From Actinomycetes bacterium (GTDB lineage Bacteria; Actinomycetota; Acidimicrobiia; Acidimicrobiales; Bog-793), in NCBI GenBank assembly GCA_021794645.1, contig JAJYQK010000101.1:337-57086 (forward strand): 56,750 bases of DNA, read 5' to 3'. The stretch's first letter is position 1. Each line of letters opens with the position of its first letter. The notes under the pieces are model-generated. The model made no database searches. It had not been told where the DNA came from and saw nothing but the letters and a program-made list of their open reading frames with translations. Position numbers and translations under genes: made by a program. Of the stretch, positions 9,801 through 15,767 are shown piece by piece.

Positions 9801-9928
9801 GCGACAGCAGCGCGGACGACGACGGTGACGGGCGACAGCGGGTCCTCGCCTTTCAGCCGGCCGATGGCCTCACAAAGGGCGTCCTCGGAGTGCCGCCCGG
9901 GCCTCAGGTACTCGATGCTGCCTGCCAC
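6854..9928 (-). CDS. addB: Helicase/nuclease subunit B (AddB-type, inactive helicase-like domain, PD-(D/E)XK nuclease with Fe-S cysteine staple)
   Basis: 1024 aa with no Walker A at the N-terminus. It has the nuclease motif RVIDYKSGR. One upstream Cys (ARCPLQF) plus C-terminal CRSCTYETIC (C-x2-C-x5-C) match the AddB iron-sulfur cluster pattern. Operon with addA. Confidence 0.8.
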   Translation of the reverse strand: MAGSIEYLRPGRHSEDALCEAIGRLKGEDPLSPVTVVVRAAVAGRDLRRRVASRAAIAGVAFMPLARIAELLAAAEEGGRRPLSEPVLGAAIRASLGERPGVFANVAAHPSTEASLIAAYREIRLLDATERRRLASLSPRAADLVAIVGAAEARLRPGFYDSGDLLAGAADAVAQEKAELSALGPIIVHLPDALARPQRELLAALAAAGEVVVQLGLTGDAAADRAPRLLAGRLTALGFEEAGVEPPSSPPPSFDRVIGAPDAEEEVRICLRQLMAHLEAGGQLGDVAIVVPSGDKASYLRLVEEIFAPAEVPWTAAAAGTLGSEGVGAIALALLHLLADGERAFDRAEVIALVSSPFLEQGGELLAGLDASSLRAGRLRAGALDRASRLAGVVAGEAEWRRRLGYHAARQLERGRAEAAAVARDLGRIVEWLAERAKRLDRATSWAEVAQVAAASVGALGPATEEREKLTDAVGELVHLDLVEALAPPGRGGERSAQLASALEQALGGPAPSRGRFGRGPVVGTPRELAGMRPGLLFVLGAVEGSLPGRSPVDPLLSERERASLPPLRDEERREEADRRHLLWLLSAAKKSIASYPRVGRGAARPCYPSRWLAGDLFKGDTEQVPSYAASVQAVAEGRATPADAADLELALSLLASSKPGGLAASALAGQAELARRLACEKERRAGGLSRFAGRIGREAVDEEVFAAVMSATRMESLARCPLQFMLERLARVEQVDAPDRLPVIEPKVRGTLIHEILENFVAATMEPGGAEHWGDPGHGLLRRLAAESFERAESRGLTGKDVYWQMARRRILADLERFVSLEAERLRANGAVPVRTEMAFGEDPEPPLTISLAAGRQLHFKGKVDRIDREPGGRLRVIDYKSGRDSDYVGMKTDPLDKGRHLQLPIYAKAVAKLLGEAEVEVVAEYRFCSSEAGFRTLPVALTTTLDSRLAQVLGTLADTVGQGCFPPRPGNGTANSTSQKPANCRSCTYETICRRDRFARWEEAASSAELAAYVELVQGEER

Positions 9929-9963
9929 TCAGGCGATGGTACGAGACGGCTGTGTCGGGCTTG

Positions 9964-10004
9964 GGGGTTCCTTGGTTCCTGGGTTCTGGGTTCCTTTGTT
10001 CTTC
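9964..10004 (-). repeat. Five tandem ~8-nt units (plus strand GGTTCCTN; minus strand NAGGAACC) in the addB 5' leader
   Basis: Plus strand reads gggGGTTCCTtGGTTCCTgGGTTCTgGGTTCCTtTGTTCTt, with unit starts at 9966, 9974, 9982, 9989 and 9997. It lies 36-76 nt upstream of the addB GTG at 9928. Confidence 0.7.
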
Positions 10005-10033
10005 GGCTCCACGCGATTTGGATCTCGGCGGCC

Positions 10034-10066
10034 GACGAAAAGAAGACGGGGACCCATCGGTCCCCG
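10034..10066 (-). terminator. Rho-independent terminator candidate (minus strand)
   Basis: Perfect 8-bp stem CGGGGACC / GGTCCCCG (10047-10054 / 10059-10066) with a 4-nt loop. On the minus strand it is followed by TCTTCTTTTCG. Confidence 0.5.
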
Positions 10067-10081
10067 CTTTCTCTCGCCTCT

Positions 10082-10213
10082 TCAGTTGTCGTCGCCCTTC
10101 AGATGCCGCCGCAGCCTGATGTGGTTGGGGAAACGCAGCGGGGACCGGGCCCACCCGACCAGGGCCATCCTGGCCATCTCCACATCGGGCCCGAACCCGG
10201 CTCCTGCCGCCAT
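10082..10213 (-). CDS. Possible 43-aa small protein (MAAGAGFGPDVEMARMALVGWARSPLRFPNHIRLRRHLKGDDN)
   Basis: Below the ORF-track size cutoff. High third-position GC. Stop lies 15 nt upstream of the terminator hairpin. No good SD spacing (caggaATG). Weak call. Confidence 0.2.
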   Translation of the reverse strand: MAAGAGFGPDVEMARMALVGWARSPLRFPNHIRLRRHLKGDDN

Positions 10214-10476
10214 TCCTGAGTGAAGGCGCAAAGATGGCGGAGTCGAAGGGCTGCTTCAGCCGGAAGCCCGGCGCCGACGAGGCGGTGAGCGCTCGATCGC
10301 AACTCGGATCATGGCGGAAACCTCCTGCAAAAGGTTGCTTCCTCCGGTCGATCCACGACCGTCTGGTGCTAATTCATATTCGCCCGGGCCCCGACACGCA
10401 AGGCCTTTCACCAGGGAAAATGGCTGAAGTTCGAGGAGGCAGCGGGCTTCTTGTTTGCTGGGCAGCGCCATAGCCA

Positions 10477-10989
10477 TCATGACGTCGCGGCCCCCGGCCC
10501 GGCGCTCCGGAGCTCGTGCCTGAAGGCGTCGTAATAGGCCTCGTATATGAGGTCGGACTCCCGCGCTCGCTGGTGCCGCAGGGCAGCGAGCGCCCAGCCG
10601 AGGCGCTGGCGGGCGTCGGCGACATCGACATCATCTCCGTTTCCCTCGAGGTCCTGACGGATAGCCGCGATCGTCTCGCGGATCTTCACGTACTGGAGGC
10701 GCAGGGACCGCGCCCGGTTGCGCATCCGCGGCTGACTGCGAGAGAGGTCGGAGAGCAGGCTGTCGGCCCGCTCGGCGTTCGCCAGCTCCTCAGCGGTGAC
10801 CGCCTCCAGATCGGCGAGGGCACCCAGGACGGCGTCGAGCCAGGGTCCTTCTCTTCTCGGGGCAGCTTCGGCGAGGGCCGCCTCGAGGCGGTGCATGGCC
10901 GAAAGGGTCCGGTCCTGGTCGACTTGGCGGGCGTGCAGGCCGCTTCGCTGTTCCTCGGTGAAGGCGGCAGCGCGCTCGTCTGCGTCCAT
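10477..10989 (-). CDS. Hypothetical helical protein, last gene of the J-domain/hspR operon
   Basis: 170-aa ORF with good GC3, beginning 6 nt downstream of the hspR stop. No motif recognised. Confidence 0.6.
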   Translation of the reverse strand: MDADERAAAFTEEQRSGLHARQVDQDRTLSAMHRLEAALAEAAPRREGPWLDAVLGALADLEAVTAEELANAERADSLLSDLSRSQPRMRNRARSLRLQYVKIRETIAAIRQDLEGNGDDVDVADARQRLGWALAALRHQRARESDLIYEAYYDAFRHELRSAGPGAATS

Positions 10990-10995
10990 CTCGCC

Positions 10996-11313
10996 CTAGC
11001 GACTACGCGCCCCTCGGCTTCGTGCGAGCTCCCCCTCGAGCTGCTCGATGGTGGCCTGCAGCTTGGCGACTTGCTGTTGGAGGGCCAGCACCTTCTTCAC
11101 ACCGGCGATGTTGAGCCCGTCTCCCGTGAGCGCCGCGATCAGGCGCAGGCGCTCGACGTCGTCACCGCTGTAGCGGCGGGTTCCGCCATCGCTTCGAGCC
11201 GGCTGGACCAATCCTTGGCGCTCGTAGATGCGCAGCGTCTGGGGGTGCACGCCCGCCAGCTCGGCAGCAACCGAAATGGCAAAGACGCCTTGGCTGGCCT
11301 CGGGCCACTGCAT
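10996..11313 (-). CDS. hspR: MerR-family heat-shock transcriptional repressor HspR
   Basis: Sequence FAISVAAELAGVHPQTLRIYERQGLVQPARSDGGTRRYSGDDVERLRLI is the HspR/MerR HTH signature. ATG at 11313 overlaps the upstream stop by 1 nt (TGATG). An alternative GTG start is at 11328. Confidence 0.8.
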   Translation of the reverse strand: MQWPEASQGVFAISVAAELAGVHPQTLRIYERQGLVQPARSDGGTRRYSGDDVERLRLIAALTGDGLNIAGVKKVLALQQQVAKLQATIEQLEGELARSRGARSR

Positions 11314-11801
11314 CAGATGTCCCACCACAACTCGACGAGCCGCCGGAAGAGGTCTGAGACCTCCGAGCCCCGGCGGTCAGCTGACAGAGCCTGGGCGCTC
11401 CATCCTTCCATGCGCTCTGGCCAAAGGGTTGAGACGCTAGGCGGGGCGTCGCCAGGCCGAACTGGCGAGGCGCTCAAGAAGACCGGGGCCGCCTCGTGAT
11501 GAGGCCACGCCCCCTGCCCCGCCCCCCTGACGCCGCCGCCCGAGGTGCTGCGCACTCGCACCTCGATCCGGGCACCTCCGAGCTGACGGTCGTAGGCGGC
11601 GCGACGCTTCGGGTCGCCCAAGACCTCGTAGGCCTCGGTGATCTCCCGGAAGCGCCCAGCGGCCTCGGGATCGTCCGGGTGGGCGTCGGGGTGAGCGCCC
11701 ATCGCCAGTCGGCGGTAGGCGCCGACGATGTCGTCATGCGAGGCGCCGCTGGCCACTTCGAGGCGGGCGTAGTAGTCCCTCCTCTCGCCGTCTGAGCCCA
11801 T
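11313..11801 (-). CDS. J-domain protein (DnaJ N-terminal domain only)
   Basis: From the internal Met: [16 protein letters not shown]...[17 protein letters not shown]...[19 protein letters not shown] (HPD motif). It has no Gly/Phe region, zinc finger or DnaJ C-terminal domain. The upstream 208 codons of the ORF are antisense to hsp20. Confidence 0.75.
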   Translation of the reverse strand: MGSDGERRDYYARLEVASGASHDDIVGAYRRLAMGAHPDAHPDDPEAAGRFREITEAYEVLGDPKRRAAYDRQLGGARIEVRVRSTSGGGVRGAGQGAWPHHEAAPVFLSASPVRPGDAPPSVSTLWPERMEGWSAQALSADRRGSEVSDLFRRLVELWWDI

Positions 11802-11829
11802 GTCGCGCCGTCCTAAATCTAAGTCGTGT

Positions 11830-11859
11830 TTGACAGCTTTTCTTCTGTATTCATATACT
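11830..11859 (+). promoter_or_regulatory. Sigma-70/SigA-like promoter candidate for hsp20
   Basis: TTGACA (11830-11835), an 18-nt spacer, then TATACT (11854-11859), in an AT-rich divergent intergenic region. A strong RBS (GGAAGGAGG) precedes the hsp20 ATG. Confidence 0.45.
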
Positions 11860-11867
11860 AACCACAC

Positions 11868-11890
11868 CACAGAGCCCGCGAGGCGCTGTG
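11868..11890. promoter_or_regulatory. Inverted repeat CACAGAGC-N7-GCGCTGTG, candidate operator at the predicted hsp20 transcription start
   Basis: The arms are complementary at 7 of 8 positions with a 7-nt spacer, the same geometry as HspR HAIR sites but a different sequence. It lies immediately downstream of the -10 box. Confidence 0.3.
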
Positions 11891-11948
11891 AGGAAACCGA
11901 CGTTGGACAGCGATGCAGCAGCTCTTTTGATCGGAAGGAGGAACTGAG

Positions 11949-12374
11949 ATGCTGACACGCTCCGATCCCTTTCGTGAGCTCGACCGACTGACCCAGCAGG
12001 TCTTTGGCAGCGCCGGCCGGCCGAGCACGATGCCGATGGACGCCTACCGCAAGGACGACAAGTTCTTCGTGCACTTCGACCTGCCGGGGGTGGATCCGGC
12101 CTCCATCGACATCACGGTGGAGAAGAACGTCCTGACGGTGAGAGCCGAGCGGCCCGCGACAAGGACTGAGGGCGCCGAGACCCTCGTAGCCGAGCGCCCG
12201 TCGGGAACCTTCACCCGTCAACTGTTCCTCGGCGACACGCTCGACGCCGGCCACATCGAGGCCAACTACTGCGACGGCGTCCTCGCCCTCACCATCCCGG
12301 TCCATGAGGCGGCGAAGCCCCGCAAGATCGAGATCACCTCGGGTGACAGCCAGAAGGAGCTGGCCGGGGTCTGA
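11949..12374 (+). CDS. Hsp20/alpha-crystallin family small heat-shock protein
   Basis: 141 aa with an alpha-crystallin domain ([39 protein letters not shown]...GVLALTIP). Confidence 0.9.
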   Translation: MLTRSDPFRELDRLTQQVFGSAGRPSTMPMDAYRKDDKFFVHFDLPGVDPASIDITVEKNVLTVRAERPATRTEGAETLVAERPSGTFTRQLFLGDTLDAGHIEANYCDGVLALTIPVHEAAKPRKIEITSGDSQKELAGV

Positions 12375-12500
12375 GGGCCCCGACGAGGAGCCGCGGATGG
12401 GCGGCCGATTGAGAAGCCCGCCCATCCGACGCGCCAGCCCCCGACACCCCAGTGCCTGCAGTCCCCACGCAACAGCTCACTGCACGCCTTCCGGGCCTTG

Positions 12501-13334
12501 ATGGCGCAGCAATATATTTACGAAATGGACGTGCTGCGACGCCTCAACGTTCGCGTCAGCGGGGCGCCGAAAGCCCAGCCCATTGTCTTCGCCCACGGTT
12601 TCGGCTGCGATCAGAACATGTGGCGTTTCGTGGCTCCGCACTTCGAGCAGAGCTACAAGGTGGTGCTTTTCGATCTGGCCGGGGCAGGAGCAGCGGACCC
12701 AGCCGCCTACGAGCCCGACAAGTACTCCCGCCTCGACGGCTATGCCGACGACATCCTCGAGATCTGCGCAAGGCTCGAGCTCTCCGACGTGATCTTCGTG
12801 GGCCACTCAGTGTCGGCGATGACCGGGGTCCTCGCCTCGTTGCGAGTTCCGGGCTTGTTCGCTCACCTGGTGCTGATCGGACCGTCGCCCTGCTACATCA
12901 ACGGGGAGGGATACTTCGGCGGGTTCGACGAGTCCGACATCGCGGAGCTGCTCGACTCGCTCGACAGCAACTATCTCGGCTGGTCCGCCGCGATGGCGCC
13001 CGCCATCATGGGCAATCCCGATCGCCCACAACTGGGTCAGGAGCTCACCGAGAGCTTCTGTCGAACCGACCCCGAGATCGCCCGACGCTTCGCAAGAGTC
13101 ACCTTCCTCTCTGACAATCGCGGCGATCTCTCCAAGGTAAGCACGCCTACCCTCATCCTGCAGTGCCGCAACGACGCAATAGCCCCCGTCCAGGTGGGCC
13201 AATACGTGCAGCAGGCCATTCCCAACAGCTCTCTCACCCTCTTGGACGCCACCGGGCACTGCCCTCATCTGAGCAGTCCGGAAGAGACCATCGAGGCCAT
13301 CGACGCCTACCTCACGGCGCACACCCAGAGTTGA
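12501..13334 (+). CDS. rsbQ: RsbQ/D14/KAI2-family alpha/beta hydrolase
   Basis: Collinear with B. subtilis RsbQ as I recall it (FAHGFGCDQNMW, FVGHSVSAM nucleophile elbow, PSPCY, ILQC, GHCPHLS). An alternative ATG at 12525 aligns better with the RsbQ N-terminus. Confidence 0.85.
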   Translation: MAQQYIYEMDVLRRLNVRVSGAPKAQPIVFAHGFGCDQNMWRFVAPHFEQSYKVVLFDLAGAGAADPAAYEPDKYSRLDGYADDILEICARLELSDVIFVGHSVSAMTGVLASLRVPGLFAHLVLIGPSPCYINGEGYFGGFDESDIAELLDSLDSNYLGWSAAMAPAIMGNPDRPQLGQELTESFCRTDPEIARRFARVTFLSDNRGDLSKVSTPTLILQCRNDAIAPVQVGQYVQQAIPNSSLTLLDATGHCPHLSSPEETIEAIDAYLTAHTQS

Positions 13335-14536
13335 ACCTCCCACTGAGCGGTGACGAACCGGCTCGACTGGGCTTTGAGGAGGCACTCCTCCAGCACGATC
13401 CGGCCGAGCTGTTCGACCGCGCCCCCTGCGGGTACATCTCCGCCGCGCCGGACGGTCTCATCGTCGCCGTCAACCAGACGTTCCTCAGCTGGACCGGCTA
13501 CACCCGGAGCGAGCTGGTCGGCAATCGATCCTTCCAGGAGCTGCTCAGCCCCGGTGGCCGCATCTACTACGACACCCACTTCGGACCGCTGCTCGCCATG
13601 CAAGGAGCCGTCCGCGAGATCGCCCTCGAGGTGGTGAGGGCGGACAACGGACGGATACCAGTCCTCGTCAACGCCGTCATGGACTCCGGCGCCGACGGCG
13701 GTCCGAAAGTGATCCGCATCGCCATCTTCGATGCCACCGAGCGGCGCGCCTACGAGCACGAGCTGTTGCGAGCCAAGGATGCGGCCGAATCAGCCGAGCA
13801 ACGAGCAGTCGGCCTCGCCCGAACCTTGCAAGAGACTTTGATCCCGCCCCGACCGCCCGACATCCCAGGTCTAGACATAGGCGCCGGCTACCGGCCCTCG
13901 GGCAACGGGGACGAAGTCGGCGGCGACTTCTACGACGTGTTCGAGATCGCCGACGGTGACTGGGCCGCCGTCATCGGCGACGTAGCCGGAAAAGGCGTCG
14001 AGGCCGCCGTCGTGACCGCCCTCGCCCGCTACACCCTCCGAGCCGCCGCCGTCAGGACCACGCTGCCATCCAACGCACTCATCACCTTGAACGAGGTCCT
14101 GCGGGCCGAGCACTCCGAGCGCCTCTGCACGGCCGCCTTCCTCCGGCTCCGCTGGCACGGGCCGGACTGGGTCGTCGACATGGCCAGCGCTGGCCACCTC
14201 CTTCCCCTGCTGACACGGCCCACTGAGGCCCCACGACCGGTCGGCCGTACCGGCTCGCTGCTCGGTGTCTTGCGCCACCCCTCTCTCACCGACAGCTCAG
14301 TGCGACTAGAGCCAGGCGACAGCCTGCTCCTCTACACCGACGGCGTCACCGAAGCGAGGAATGGCGGCGAGTTCTACGGCGAGGACCGCCTCTTGTCTGC
14401 CCTCGAACGCCACCGGAGCCTGGCGGCCGGTGACTTGGCCACCGAGCTGGTAACCGAGGTCGTCGACTTCCAGGCCGGGCTTCCCCGTGACGACATCGCC
14501 GTCGTAGTCATACAGGTCCCCGCCTCCGGACCGTAA
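13331..14536 (+). CDS. rsbP: PAS-domain PP2C (SpoIIE-type) serine phosphatase, RsbP-like
   Basis: PAS region (APCGYISAAPDGLIVAVNQTFLSWTGYTRSELVG), a coiled linker, and PP2C motifs (GGDFYDVF, GDVAGKGVEAA, LLLYTDGVTEA). TTG start at 13331 overlaps the rsbQ stop (TTGA); there is no in-frame ATG before the PAS domain. Confidence 0.8.
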   Translation: MNLPLSGDEPARLGFEEALLQHDPAELFDRAPCGYISAAPDGLIVAVNQTFLSWTGYTRSELVGNRSFQELLSPGGRIYYDTHFGPLLAMQGAVREIALEVVRADNGRIPVLVNAVMDSGADGGPKVIRIAIFDATERRAYEHELLRAKDAAESAEQRAVGLARTLQETLIPPRPPDIPGLDIGAGYRPSGNGDEVGGDFYDVFEIADGDWAAVIGDVAGKGVEAAVVTALARYTLRAAAVRTTLPSNALITLNEVLRAEHSERLCTAAFLRLRWHGPDWVVDMASAGHLLPLLTRPTEAPRPVGRTGSLLGVLRHPSLTDSSVRLEPGDSLLLYTDGVTEARNGGEFYGEDRLLSALERHRSLAAGDLATELVTEVVDFQAGLPRDDIAVVVIQVPASGP

Positions 14537-14851
14537 CCAGACACGAAGCAGCCGAACGGGCTCGGGCGGGGGCCGCCAAGATGCGATCGAGCGGATCTCG
14601 ACGCCACCGAGTCCACTCTCATGGCGCTTTCGCCAGTGTCGGATGCTCTCGCCGCTCCCGCTCTCGAGAGAGGACAAGCAGAAAGGCGAAAAGGCCATCG
14701 AACGAGCCGAGAGCTCGCCCTGCCGTGCCACCGGTTGCAATGCGCGCTGGCAGCCGGTCCCTCAACAGTCCCCGACACGAGACGAGAAGATCCTTTCGCC
14801 TGCGAGCAAAGGCTGCCGGGAGCAGCAACGCCGGCGACATCCTCTTTCCGC

Positions 14852-14890
14852 CGACCCGGCTTGACAACACCCGGGTCGAAGCTGTCTTTT
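14852..14890 (+). terminator. Hairpin plus T-tract (weak terminator candidate or structured RNA element)
   Basis: Perfect 8-bp stem CGACCCGG / CCGGGTCG (14852-14859 / 14871-14878) with an 11-nt loop, then aagctgTCTTTTg. Confidence 0.25.
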
Positions 14891-15243
14891 GCCGCAGCTG
14901 GCAGCTGAGCAGCCGCAGCGCCCGCCTAATGTCTCTTTATGCGAAAGACGGTCCTGCGGGCGGGGTTTTGCCCACCGGTCCTTTCGGAAGGAGGAGCCGA
15001 CTTGTCCTCGGTCCGTGACCAACGGCTCGCTTCCGGCGGCTCGAGCGGCTCGTATTGCTGCCTCTCCTGGATGCTGACTGGTCAGCGGTGGCGCGCATCT
15101 CCGCCTCCGGCGTCGCCAGCAGCCAGCCGAGCTGCGAGACCGAGTGCCCGCCTCCGACCGGCGGTGTGCCTGCCACCACGGGCCCGGGGCCGCGCCGGCC
15201 GTCAGCCCGGTCTCAGCCTGCTTCTCACGCCAGGACGGCCGAG

Positions 15244-15471
15244 GTGAGCGTCTACCTCGATTCCCCACCGTCTCACGAGCTCGGGCGCTACCGGCTCGAT
15301 GAGCTGGTGAGGGCGGCCCAGGGCGACCAGCGCCGGATGGTGCAGGCACGCCGCTTCGCCGGCAACGCCGCACCTCTCGTCCTCCAGGCCGCCTGCGGCT
15401 CACGGACCGCCCAGGTGGGCAGTGAAGGAAGCGATGTCACCTGCGGCGAGGGCCCGAGCGAGCTCTCCTGA
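15244..15471 (+). CDS. Hypothetical 75-aa protein
   Basis: GTG start, high GC3, and its stop overlaps the ATG of the next gene (TGATG). No motif recognised. Confidence 0.3.
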   Translation: MSVYLDSPPSHELGRYRLDELVRAAQGDQRRMVQARRFAGNAAPLVLQAACGSRTAQVGSEGSDVTCGEGPSELS

Positions 15472-15701
15472 TGGCCGTCACGGTCTACGGCGTCTGTGCC
15501 CTCACCTTCATGATGGCCATGTACGCCCTCGAGCGCCGGCACCGGCGCTTCATCGCCGCCTTCGCCCTCGGCTGTGTCGCCTCCTCTGTCTACGGCTTCC
15601 TCTCGGGCACCTGGCCCTTCGGAGTCGTCGAGGCAGTCTGGGCGCTCGTGGCGCTGCGCCGATTCGCCCTCAGCCCCGCCGGCAACCCGACCGAGCCCTG
15701 A
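15471..15701 (+). CDS. Small 3-TM membrane protein (76 aa)
   Basis: Three hydrophobic helices (VTVYGVCALTFMMAMYAL, FIAAFALGCVASSVYGFL, WPFGVVEAVWALVALRRF) and coding-like GC3. Confidence 0.55.
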   Translation: MAVTVYGVCALTFMMAMYALERRHRRFIAAFALGCVASSVYGFLSGTWPFGVVEAVWALVALRRFALSPAGNPTEP

Positions 15702-15767
15702 CCCAGCCCGGCCAGCGGCCCGGGCGCCAAGTCGAAGCGCTCGGGCCCGCCTGGCAGAATCACCCTC

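Noticed and set aside
11802-11948. Canonical HspR HAIR (CTTGAGT-N7-ACTCAAG) or CIRCE element in the hsp20/J-domain divergent region
   Set aside because: Neither was found on either strand. Only the unrelated 8-N7-8 palindrome reported above is present.
14537-15243. RNase P RNA, tmRNA, or a TPP/cobalamin/SAM/fluoride riboswitch in the gene-free stretch
   Set aside because: By eye I searched for GGAAAGTCCGG and ACAGAACCCGGCTTA (RNase P), GGGGCTGA...TCCACCA and a tag-peptide frame (tmRNA), CTGAGA...ACCTGATCTGGATAATGCCAGCG (TPP), and a B12 box. None was present on either strand. This does not exclude other RNAs.
14762-15403. 213-aa minus-strand ORF in the unassigned region
   Set aside because: It has extreme Arg/Ser/Gly/Cys-rich composition, no domain-like segments, and overlaps the better-supported small plus-strand ORF.
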